NCBI RefSeq assembly: GCF_028690125.1
Contig: NZ_JAQVBV010000030.1
Span: 2,392 to 66,391 of the forward strand
Reading direction: 5' to 3'
DNA from: Bacteroides sp.
GTDB lineage: Bacteria; Bacteroidota; Bacteroidia; Bacteroidales; Bacteroidaceae
DNA length: 64,000 nucleotides
The position numbers and the translations under genes are program-made. Under the pieces are notes generated by a model. That model was not told the origin of the DNA and did not search any database. It was given only the letters and a program-made list of their open reading frames with translations. Numbering within the stretch: position 1 is the first letter of the stretch; each line of letters starts with the position of its first letter. Positions 55,541 through 64,000 of the stretch are shown here, in pieces.

Positions 55541-55575
55541 AAATCCCTGGAACAAATGTTCCCGGGATTTTTTTA
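55541..55575. terminator. Bidirectional hairpin terminator
   Basis: AAATCCCTGGAAC pairs with GTTCCCGGGATTT (one mismatch). Flanked by an A run and a T run. Lies between convergent genes. Confidence 0.8.
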
Positions 55576-55598
55576 TTTGCCAGTTATTGAGTTATTCA

Positions 55599-56300
55599 TT
55601 AAGATTCAACTTCCGGTGTAATCAGCTTATAACCTTTTCCGTGGATATTGATAATCTCAATTGAATCATCTTCTTTCAAGTGCTTACGCAATTTCGTGAT
55701 ATACACATCCATACTACGGGCATTGAAATAGTTATCATCAATCCAGATAGTTTTCAACGCAAAGTCACGTTGCAGAATTTCGTTCGCATGGGCACAAAGT
55801 AATCCTAAAAGTTCTGATTCTTTGGTAGTCAGCTTAGTCTGCTTACCTTCCGTTGCCAAAATCTGTTTCTGAGTATCGAAAGTAAACTTTCCGATTTTAT
55901 AGATGTTGCTTTCCTTATTCTTCTTTCCACGAACACGTCTTAAAATCGCTTCAATTCTGAATGTCAGTTCTTCCATACTAAATGGTTTGGTGATATAATC
56001 ATCCGCACCAATCTTAAATCCTTCCAAAATATCTTCTTTCAGTGTTTTTGCAGTCAGGAAGATAATAGGAATTTCAGCATTAGCAGCACGAACATCCTGC
56101 GCCAAAGTGAAACCATCCTTCTTAGGCATCATTACGTCAAACACACATAAGTCATACTTATTCTTCAAGAAAGCTTTGTAACCAGCTTCTCCATCAGGAT
56201 ACAACTCAGCAGAGTAACCTTTAGCCTGTAAATATTCTCTTAAAAGCATGCCAAGATTTTCATCATCTTCGCACAATAAAATACGCAGTTTCTCGTCCAT
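55599..56300 (-). CDS. OmpR/PhoB-type response regulator (RprY-like)
   Basis: Receiver domain ILLCEDDENL...VFDVMMPKKDG...K. C-terminal winged-helix LT.KE.ELL..L...RSMDVYITKLR. Confidence 0.93.
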   Translation of the reverse strand: MDEKLRILLCEDDENLGMLLREYLQAKGYSAELYPDGEAGYKAFLKNKYDLCVFDVMMPKKDGFTLAQDVRAANAEIPIIFLTAKTLKEDILEGFKIGADDYITKPFSMEELTFRIEAILRRVRGKKNKESNIYKIGKFTFDTQKQILATEGKQTKLTTKESELLGLLCAHANEILQRDFALKTIWIDDNYFNARSMDVYITKLRKHLKEDDSIEIINIHGKGYKLITPEVES

Positions 56301-56301
56301 A

Positions 56302-57855
56302 TCAATTATTTTTTAATAAAGGTAATGCAATTATAAATTTAGTTCCTACATTCACATCGCTTTCCGCCCGAATAGTTCCCTTATGATCCATAATTATCTT
56401 TTTCACATAAGCCAACCCCAGACCGAAGCCTTTTACATCGTGCAGATTACCTGTATGCACGCGATAGAACTTCTCAAATATCTTTTTCAGGTTTTCCTTC
56501 TTGATGCCGATACCATTATCCTGTATCGAAATCATCAGCTTACCCGGTTCATTCCAAGTCTTTACTTTCAATTCCAAATCCTCTTCCGGCTTTTTATATT
56601 TTACCGCATTATCCATCAGATTGAAAATTACATTCGTAATATGCATTTCATCTGCAAATATAACAGGATCAGTAGCCTCAAGGTTCGATGTAATCTTACC
56701 ATTATATCGTTCTACTTTCAAAGCAAAAGTATTAATGACTCCCGAAATCAATTCATTCGCATCAATTTCCTTCATTTTTAAAGTTGCTTTCTGCCTATCA
56801 AACATCGACATCTGCAATACTTTCTCTACTTGAAAACGCAATCGTTTTGTTTCATCATTAATGACTCCCGAAATATGCTGGAACATTTGCGGGGACTTAC
56901 CGACCGCCGGATCTTTCAGCATCTGTGCCGCCAACGAAATAGTCGATATCGGAGTTTTAAACTCATGCGTCATATTATTAATAAAGTCATTCTTCATCTC
57001 CGTCAGTTTCTTCTGCCGGAATACGATATAGATCGTAAAGATAAATGTTACTAACAATACCATTGTAAATATCAACGATGGAATCATAAAACTGATTGAA
57101 TCGAAAATATAATCCTTTCTCCCCGGAAAATGTACTTTCAGTACACTTATCTTAGCAGGAGGATCATTCGGGAACAATGCTTGCTGATATGACTCATCCT
57201 CTCCTTTGGTGTCATAATCTGCACAACGGTAGACTATCCGGCCATCCCTGTCAATCACCGAAAAATGATAAGGCAAGTCTATACTATTATTAAATAGGCT
57301 TAATTGCAAATAGTGATCCAAATCTCTAAAACGAACTCTATCCCCTATCGACTTGTCACTTGCTTGATAAATCATCTGCCATGCCACCTCATTGAGCAAC
57401 TCGCGTTGGTATAAGTACCGATTTTTGACAGCTTCCATCAATGAACGCGAAGTCTCCGGAATTGTTTTTGTTCCCCGATAAGGAGAAATTAACGCTTTCG
57501 GCAATTCTGATGGTTTGTCAGTCATCACACGTTGCTCAAAATCCGTATATCCTTTTCCGTTCCGATAATTCATCTTAAAACCTGGCGTTTGTTGAGTCGG
57601 ATCACCTTCCTGCATGGAAGAATTAGCAGCCAATGCCTTCCTTTCCGTTTCAGTTATATCTTCAATCAGCCAACGCTGTGTCTCTGCATACTCCACATCC
57701 TTAGAAACCTGACCCAAACTATTGCGCACAGCAGAATCAAATTGTTCCTTCCGGGTTTTGACCATTTCCTCTATATAACTAACTTGCAAATACAACAAGC
57801 TAAGAAAGGAAAGCCCCATTACTATACCTAATATCCAAATTGTCGACTTCTTCAT
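56302..57855 (-). CDS. Sensor histidine kinase (RprX-like), two TM segments
   Basis: H-box FINNMTHEFKTPIS, N-box NLMDNAVKY and G-boxes DNGIGI and GFGLGLAYV. Only 1-bp spacing to the response-regulator gene. Confidence 0.9.
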   Translation of the reverse strand: MKKSTIWILGIVMGLSFLSLLYLQVSYIEEMVKTRKEQFDSAVRNSLGQVSKDVEYAETQRWLIEDITETERKALAANSSMQEGDPTQQTPGFKMNYRNGKGYTDFEQRVMTDKPSELPKALISPYRGTKTIPETSRSLMEAVKNRYLYQRELLNEVAWQMIYQASDKSIGDRVRFRDLDHYLQLSLFNNSIDLPYHFSVIDRDGRIVYRCADYDTKGEDESYQQALFPNDPPAKISVLKVHFPGRKDYIFDSISFMIPSLIFTMVLLVTFIFTIYIVFRQKKLTEMKNDFINNMTHEFKTPISTISLAAQMLKDPAVGKSPQMFQHISGVINDETKRLRFQVEKVLQMSMFDRQKATLKMKEIDANELISGVINTFALKVERYNGKITSNLEATDPVIFADEMHITNVIFNLMDNAVKYKKPEEDLELKVKTWNEPGKLMISIQDNGIGIKKENLKKIFEKFYRVHTGNLHDVKGFGLGLAYVKKIIMDHKGTIRAESDVNVGTKFIIALPLLKNN

Positions 57856-58054
57856 AGCAACAAAATTAACACTCCCTAATTAACACTCCTAGCTCATTAA
57901 CTTGATTTAACCGGAAGTTCTCGTAAATTAACCGAAAGAAGTTATTTAAGTCGTATTCTGATGACTACAACAAAAAAGGCACTACTTTGGTTTGCAAATT
58001 TAATAAAAAATTAAAGATTTTCCTTGAGAAATTCCATCTTTATTAATCATAGTT

Positions 58055-58092
58055 AAACAAAAACCGCCGCCTTTTACTTAAAAAAGACGACG
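58055..58092 (-). terminator. Rho-independent terminator after the EF-G paralog
   Basis: The minus-strand RNA CGUCGUCUUUU pairs with AAAAGGCGGCG (two G-U pairs), followed by UUUUUGUUU. Confidence 0.65.
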
Positions 58093-58120
58093 ATTTTAAC
58101 ATTATTACGAGAATTACTAG

Positions 58121-60277
58121 TTATTCTTCTATTTGTTTAGCTTCAAAATCCTTAATTAACTTATCCTGAACATCTGTAGGAACAAGTTCATAACTTGAGA
58201 ATTTCATGATAAATGAAGCACGTCCACCAGTGAGTGAGCTAAGAGCTGTAGAATAAGATGACATCTCTTTCAGTGGAACCTTAGCCGCCAATTTTTCAAA
58301 TCCTTTCTCACTACTCATACCCATAATCATAGCACGCCGTCCCTGCAGGTCTCCCATTACATCACCCATCTTATCAGACGGCACGAAAACTTCCACATCA
58401 TAAATAGGTTCCAAAATCTTTGGACCGGCATTCTTGAAAGCTTCACTAAATGCATTACGGCCAGCCAGCATAAAAGAGATTTCATTAGAGTCTACCGGAT
58501 GCATCTTACCATCATAAACAATAACACGGACGTCCCGGGCATATGAACCAGTTAATGGTCCCTGTTCCATACGGGACATGATACCCTTCAAGATAGCAGG
58601 CATAAAACGGCTATCAATAGAACCTCCCACAATACTGTTGATAAACACAAGCTTACCGCCCCATTCCAACGGAATTTCTTCTTTACCTTTTGCATTTATC
58701 TTAAATTCCTGTCCGTTAAACCTATAAATTTCCGGAACAGGCATACCTTCTTTGTAAGGTTCTACAATCAGATGAACTTCACCAAACTGACCTGCACCAC
58801 CTGATTGCTTTTTATGGCGATAGTCTGCACGAGAGGCTTTCGTTATTGTTTCACGATAGGGGATCTTAGGTTCTTCGTATTTAATCAGGAGTTTTTCATT
58901 ATTCTCCAAACGCCATTTCAAAGTACGAAGATGAAATTCTCCCTGACCATGAACCAATGTTTGCTTCAATTCTTTCGATTGCTCAATAATCCATGTCGGA
59001 TCTTCTTCACGCATACGGTTCAAGACAGTCATCATTTTTTCCACATCTGCCTCATTTACAGGCTTAATAGCACGTGAATATTTAGAATTAGGATACTTGA
59101 TAAAGTTAAATTTATAATCGCAATCCTTGCCGTCTAATGTATTACCCGTCTTAACATCTTTCAGCTTCACAGCAGCACCTATATCACCGGCCTGCAATTC
59201 TTCTACTTTAATACGATTAGCACCTGCAACAACGTAAATTTGTGCAATACGTTCCTTGGAACCACGATCAGCATTCAGCAAGTCGTCGCCTTCATGGACT
59301 TTTCCACTCATTACCTTAAAGTAAGAAACCTCACCGATATGCGGTTCAACACTTGTTTTAAAGAAATAAAGAGATTCCGGTCCATTCGAATTTGGTGCTA
59401 CCTCTTTACCATCCGTATTCTGCACCTTCGGCATTTCAGAAACAAAGGGAACTACATTACCCAAAAATTCCATTAAACGTCGAACTCCCATATCTTTGCC
59501 TCCACAAACACAAAATACGGGGAACATACCTCTTGCTATCAATCCTTTACGGATACCCTCACGCATTTCATCTTCCGTCAAAGAATCTTGTTCGAAGAAT
59601 TTTTCCATCAATCCTTCATCATTTTCGGCAGCGGCTTCTACTAATACTTTGTGCATTTCCATTGCCTTATCCATCTCCTCCGCAGGAATCTCTTCAATAA
59701 TGGGAGCTCCGCCTTCAGGTTTCCATGAATATTTTTTCATTAACAGGACATCAATCAGCGAATTAAAATTAGGTCCTGTAGAGATAGGATATTGAATAGG
59801 AACTACTTTAGGACCATAAGCCTCTTTCAGTTGCTCCAGAATATTATCATAGTCGCATTTCTCATTATCTAACTGATTAACGAGGAAAATGACGGGTTTA
59901 TTCAGTTTTTCAGTATATCGGAAGTGATTTTGTGTACCGACTTCTATGCCATATTGACCATTAAGAAGAATAATTGCTGTGTCGGTCACATTCAGTGCAG
60001 TAACAGTGCTACCTACAAAGTCGTCCGAACCCGGACAATCTATAATATTAAGCTTTTTATTATTCCATTCTACATGGAGAACGGTAGAGAAAACGGAGTA
60101 ACCATACTCTTGTTCAACAGGGAAATAATCACTAACAGTGTTTTTTGCGGCAATAGATCCCCGACGTTTTATAACACCACTCTCGAAAAGCATTGCTTCC
60201 ACGAGAGTGGTTTTCCCAGAGCCAGAACTTCCCAATAAGGCAATGTTCTTAATTTCATTAGTCTGATATACCTTCAT
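58121..60277 (-). CDS. fusA2: Elongation factor G paralog with degenerate GTPase motifs (EF-G2-like)
   Basis: 718-aa EF-G architecture. G1 reads GSSGSGKTT instead of AHIDAGKTT. G3 reads DCPGSDDF instead of DTPGHVDF, so the catalytic His is absent. G4 reads NQLD instead of NKMD. Confidence 0.88.
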   Translation of the reverse strand: MKVYQTNEIKNIALLGSSGSGKTTLVEAMLFESGVIKRRGSIAAKNTVSDYFPVEQEYGYSVFSTVLHVEWNNKKLNIIDCPGSDDFVGSTVTALNVTDTAIILLNGQYGIEVGTQNHFRYTEKLNKPVIFLVNQLDNEKCDYDNILEQLKEAYGPKVVPIQYPISTGPNFNSLIDVLLMKKYSWKPEGGAPIIEEIPAEEMDKAMEMHKVLVEAAAENDEGLMEKFFEQDSLTEDEMREGIRKGLIARGMFPVFCVCGGKDMGVRRLMEFLGNVVPFVSEMPKVQNTDGKEVAPNSNGPESLYFFKTSVEPHIGEVSYFKVMSGKVHEGDDLLNADRGSKERIAQIYVVAGANRIKVEELQAGDIGAAVKLKDVKTGNTLDGKDCDYKFNFIKYPNSKYSRAIKPVNEADVEKMMTVLNRMREEDPTWIIEQSKELKQTLVHGQGEFHLRTLKWRLENNEKLLIKYEEPKIPYRETITKASRADYRHKKQSGGAGQFGEVHLIVEPYKEGMPVPEIYRFNGQEFKINAKGKEEIPLEWGGKLVFINSIVGGSIDSRFMPAILKGIMSRMEQGPLTGSYARDVRVIVYDGKMHPVDSNEISFMLAGRNAFSEAFKNAGPKILEPIYDVEVFVPSDKMGDVMGDLQGRRAMIMGMSSEKGFEKLAAKVPLKEMSSYSTALSSLTGGRASFIMKFSSYELVPTDVQDKLIKDFEAKQIEE

Positions 60278-60555
60278 AATATATAAGATTTAAATAATTA
60301 CTCAGTATGTTTCTTGCATACCATTAATTTAGTGAGCCGCAAATTAGGGATTAATTAGTGGAAAAGCAAGATTTACGACAGTGTTACTAAACAATGTTAT
60401 GTAACACATTTGTACATTTTAGCACTTATCAGTACACTGTATAATCTGTTTTTCTACTAGCCTTCATCCAATTAGCTATTGCGATTCTCTCATTCTCTTA
60501 TAACTTATAGATCATCAAAAGGTTTCAAACTTGTCGCTTTTATTTCAAAATTCAG

Positions 60556-61863
60556 TTATAATTCAGGAAATTTCCACGGTTTACGATAATCCGGTTTAAT
60601 CAGTTTATTAGCTTCACGATGATTAAAGGTCTTTTTCACGTCATCATAAACAAGAGCTGATCTAACACGCGCAGATATATTTCCTAAATGGGCATATTTA
60701 GCACAAAGACTGCCATTATCGACAGTGCAGGCTGTATTCATCTCACGCGTTTTCATACAATTCAAGAAGTTGGTGACATGATCCCGGTGATCTTGATAAT
60801 TCGGCATACTTTTAATCGCTTCTATTTTGTTTTGTACTGGATATACCTCCCAACTTTCGCGGTTTGCGACCAATATTCCATTCGTTCCGATAAATTCAAC
60901 TCCATAATTTCTGCCATAAGGTCCCGCTTCTATACTAACATTACTCCATTGGATGGTGAAATCATCAAATTCATAAACGACAGAAAGTGTATCAAACGTT
61001 TCGGCATAATTTTCCGGATAGGCAAAATTACCTCCGGAACTAAGAATTCGGTTAGGCATCCCATTCACATTCATACCCCATAAAGCCATATCCATCAAAT
61101 GCACTCCCCAATCAGTCATCAGACCACCACCATAATCCCAGAACATCCTCCAAGAGCCATGAAATCTCTTTTCATTAAAAGTTCTTTTAGGTGCCGGTCC
61201 CAGCCAAGTTTCAAAATCTATTCCGGCAGGGACAGGAGAGTCAGGAACCGGATTGAGTATCGTTGCATAACCAAAGTTTGCCCAAACATTCACTTTTGCT
61301 ATTTTTCCTAATTTCCCACTATCAATATACTTTTTCATTTCATGCCAGTGATTTCCGCTACGTTGCTGTTGTCCCACTTGTACAACCCTATTATATTTTT
61401 TAGCGGCAGCTACCATAGCATCACATTCGGCAATTGAATTAGCTAGTGGTTTTTCTACATATACATCTTTTCCTGCAGAACAAGCATCTACCATTTGCAA
61501 GCAATGCCAATGATCCGGTGTACCAATAATAACCGCATCAATATCCTTTCTCTCCAGCAATTTGCGATAATCGCCATAAAGTTCAGGCTTTCCGCTTCTC
61601 ATCTTTACTAATTCCGAAGCTTTATTTTCCAAAATACTCTTGTCTATATCACATAAAGCAACACATTCAACTTCCGGATGAATTAAAAAATCATTCAAAT
61701 TTGACCACCCCATCCCCCTGCATCCGATTAATGCTATATTTATTTTATCGTTAGCGGCAACTGAGCGGGCAAACAGATTGTTTTCGGATAGAATAGTTGG
61801 CATCACTAAACCGGTAGCCGCCATGGCTCCCATTTTTTTAAGAAATTCACGCCGTGTAGTCAT
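60556..61863 (-). CDS. Gfo/Idh/MocA-family oxidoreductase with twin-arginine signal
   Basis: TAT signal MTTRREFLKKMGAMAATG. Rossmann motif IALIGCRGMG. Also has the EKP motif. Confidence 0.88.
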   Translation of the reverse strand: MTTRREFLKKMGAMAATGLVMPTILSENNLFARSVAANDKINIALIGCRGMGWSNLNDFLIHPEVECVALCDIDKSILENKASELVKMRSGKPELYGDYRKLLERKDIDAVIIGTPDHWHCLQMVDACSAGKDVYVEKPLANSIAECDAMVAAAKKYNRVVQVGQQQRSGNHWHEMKKYIDSGKLGKIAKVNVWANFGYATILNPVPDSPVPAGIDFETWLGPAPKRTFNEKRFHGSWRMFWDYGGGLMTDWGVHLMDMALWGMNVNGMPNRILSSGGNFAYPENYAETFDTLSVVYEFDDFTIQWSNVSIEAGPYGRNYGVEFIGTNGILVANRESWEVYPVQNKIEAIKSMPNYQDHRDHVTNFLNCMKTREMNTACTVDNGSLCAKYAHLGNISARVRSALVYDDVKKTFNHREANKLIKPDYRKPWKFPEL

Positions 61864-62140
61864 AATATTAAATTTTTAAAGTAAGTTACAAATATTTGTA
61901 GTATCAAAATATGAATATACCATAGAAAGCAAAATTATAGAATTTTATTGTTCAACCGATAGTTTCTACAAAGAAATTGTGAATCAGCAAAAAAATAGAT
62001 GCTGAAAACATTAATATCACTTCTTCTCATACACTAATTAAATACTTAATTTATTTAATTATCTCTACTCTTCTCAAATAGCTCAAAAAAAGCTGTAATT
62101 TTGTACTTTGCTATCAACTGATTATAGAACTTAACACAAT

Positions 62141-63274
62141 ATGGCAGGCATCTATCTCCACATTCCTTTCTGCAAAACCCGTTGCATCTATTGCGATTTC
62201 TATTCGACTACTCATAGTGAACTCAGAACACGCTATGTGGAAGCATTGTGTAGTGAGTTGGTAATGAGGAAAGACTACTTGAAAGGAGCACCAATAGAAA
62301 CAATTTATTTCGGAGGAGGTACTCCTTCACAACTCAATAAAGAAGATTTCGAACTGATATTCCATACTATTCACAAACATTACGGGATGGAAGACTGCCG
62401 GGAAATCACTTTAGAAGCCAATCCCGATGATCTGACCACTGAATACCTGAAAATGCTCGCTTCTCTTCCCTTTAACCGTATCAGTATGGGAATACAAACA
62501 TTTGATGAGTCTACATTGAAACTTCTCAAACGACGACATACAGCCAACCAGGCCATAGAAGCTGTAAAAAGAAGTCGTGAAGCCGGATTTCAAAATATAA
62601 GTATCGACCTGATTTACGGTCTACCCGGCGAAACAATCGAACGGTGGGAGCGAGACCTGCAACAAGCCGTCGCACTTCAGCCGGAACATATTTCAGCGTA
62701 TCACCTGACTTATGAAGAGGGTACACCTATATATAATATGCTGCAAAAACGTCAGGTACAAGAAGTAGACGAAGAAATCAGTGTACGTTTCTTTTCCATA
62801 TTAATGGAGCACCTGAAAGTTGCCGGATACGAACATTATGAAATATCCAACTTTTGCTACCCCGGAAAACATTCCCGTCACAACACTTCTTATTGGAAAG
62901 GCACTCCTTATCTAGGTTGCGGTCCTTCAGCACATTCTTTCGATGGCTGCTCACGTGAATGGAACATTGCTTCCATCAACGATTATATAGAGGGAATAGA
63001 GAAAAACAACCGGATTTTTGAAACCGAAAACCGGGATAAAGGTACTGCTTACAATGAACTGATCATTACTTCCATCCGCACCATGTGGGGCATACCATTA
63101 GGCAAGCTCGAACAAGAATACGGTCCGAAGTTCTTGAAATACTGTCGAAAGATGGCAGCTCCTTACGTGAAAAATGGAAAGTTATCTGAACAAGACGGCA
63201 CCCTACGCCTCACCAGAGAGGGAATTTTCATATCTGATAGTATTATGAGAGACTTACTTTTTGTCGAAGATTAA
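62141..63274 (+). CDS. hemW: Radical SAM heme chaperone HemW (oxygen-independent coproporphyrinogen oxidase-like)
   Basis: IPFCKTRCIYCDF CxxxCxxC motif, then YFGGGTPS. 377 aa. Confidence 0.88.
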   Translation: MAGIYLHIPFCKTRCIYCDFYSTTHSELRTRYVEALCSELVMRKDYLKGAPIETIYFGGGTPSQLNKEDFELIFHTIHKHYGMEDCREITLEANPDDLTTEYLKMLASLPFNRISMGIQTFDESTLKLLKRRHTANQAIEAVKRSREAGFQNISIDLIYGLPGETIERWERDLQQAVALQPEHISAYHLTYEEGTPIYNMLQKRQVQEVDEEISVRFFSILMEHLKVAGYEHYEISNFCYPGKHSRHNTSYWKGTPYLGCGPSAHSFDGCSREWNIASINDYIEGIEKNNRIFETENRDKGTAYNELIITSIRTMWGIPLGKLEQEYGPKFLKYCRKMAAPYVKNGKLSEQDGTLRLTREGIFISDSIMRDLLFVED

Positions 63275-63295
63275 ATACAGTAAAATGAACCGCCG

Positions 63296-63850
63296 ATGAC
63301 CGAATCAGAAGTAAGAAAGTTATTACGGCAAATAAAAGAGCAGGATTCGCAAAGTGCCTTCCGCGACTTTTATAATATGACATACGATCGGCTCTTCCGT
63401 ATAGCCTACTACTATGTAAAAAAGGAAGAATGGTCGCAGGAAATTGTACTCGATGTATTTCTGAAACTTTGGAAACAACGCAGTACCCTGCTTGAAGTCA
63501 GAAATATCGAAGACTATTGTTTCATTCTAGTCAAAAATGCTTCTCTCAATTATCTCGAAAAAGAGTCCAGATATACGACCATTGAATCCGATGCCCTTCC
63601 CGAACCACAAGAGCAAAGCTGTTCTCCAGAAGAATCATTAATTAATGAAGAGCTTTTTGCTCTATATGTAAAAGCACTCGACAGGCTCCCTGAGCGTTGC
63701 CGGGAAATATTTATCCGTATCCGTGAAGAAAAACGAAGTTATGCACAAGTAGCAGAAGAGCTAGGGATTAGTATAAAGACAGTAGATGCCCAGCTTCAGA
63801 AAGCAGTTAGTCGGCTTAAAGAAATGATTAGTCATGCTGATGTTAATTAA
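63296..63850 (+). CDS. ECF-type RNA polymerase sigma-70 factor
   Basis: Region 2 (FRDFYNMTYDRLFRIAYYYV) and a region 4 HTH (RSYAQVAEELGISIKTVDAQLQKA). Confidence 0.88.
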   Translation: MTESEVRKLLRQIKEQDSQSAFRDFYNMTYDRLFRIAYYYVKKEEWSQEIVLDVFLKLWKQRSTLLEVRNIEDYCFILVKNASLNYLEKESRYTTIESDALPEPQEQSCSPEESLINEELFALYVKALDRLPERCREIFIRIREEKRSYAQVAEELGISIKTVDAQLQKAVSRLKEMISHADVN

Positions 63851-63930
63851 CACTTATTTATAAATAAAGAATAGGGAATATCTTTCATTTTCCGGTCTTC
63901 ATCAATAAACAAACCTATTAATCACTAAAA

Positions 63931-64000
63931 ATGAATGAAATGATGAAAAAGTTGAATGATGTGGATACCGGCCCAATGGTTCCCTTACTACCCTTACAGA
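63931..64000 (+). CDS. 5-prime end of an ORF truncated by the window edge; FecR-type anti-sigma expected by context only
   Basis: The ATG at 63931 lies 80 nt after the ECF sigma stop. Only 23 codons are visible. Confidence 0.3.
   Translation, partial: MNEMMKKLNDVDTGPMVPLLPLQ

Overview
This is a Bacteroides-type chromosomal window. TAnnTTTG -7 promoter boxes sit upstream of most operons, lipobox proteins are frequent, and gene content and order resemble the B. thetaiotaomicron group (from memory, not a search).

Positions 1 to about 10.8 kb are accessory. They hold the repressor-proximal arm of a Mu-like transposable prophage that runs off the left edge. On the minus strand it reads: c-like HTH repressor (divergent), Ner/Cro-like HTH, MuA-like DDE transposase, MuB-like AAA+ ATPase, a P-loop protein and two small ORFs. 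The A/B block is G+C-rich, whereas the immunity region is AT-rich and carries two tandem repeat arrays and a host-type hairpin repeat. To the right lie an 840-bp ORF-free tract, a truncated and frameshifted glycoside-hydrolase remnant, a YD-like lipoprotein, and a cluster of two HU-like genes plus a DUF4248 gene.

The remaining ~53 kb is core housekeeping: MATE pump, lysS-gpsA-pgi, fkp, tRNA-Arg(CCG), asnA, ung, LptD-like protein, NamZ-like protein, amidase, MlaD, dnaA, class II RNR, malQ, folB, mgsA-GT2-lpxL-like-mtaB, acyl-CoA ligase, rpsF-rpsR-rplI, MarR, an RprXY-like two-component pair, an EF-G paralog with degenerate GTPase motifs, hemW and an ECF sigma factor.

I found no CRISPR array, no rRNA, and no recognisable defence system or toxin cassette. 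The least explained signals are:
- the ~19-bp x 10 repeat array upstream of the transposase;
- the repeat-dense leader of the first HU-like gene;
- the in-frame-stop-split ORF next to the tRNA;
- two families of intergenic hairpin repeats.

All functional calls come from motif and family recognition by eye, and no searches were run.
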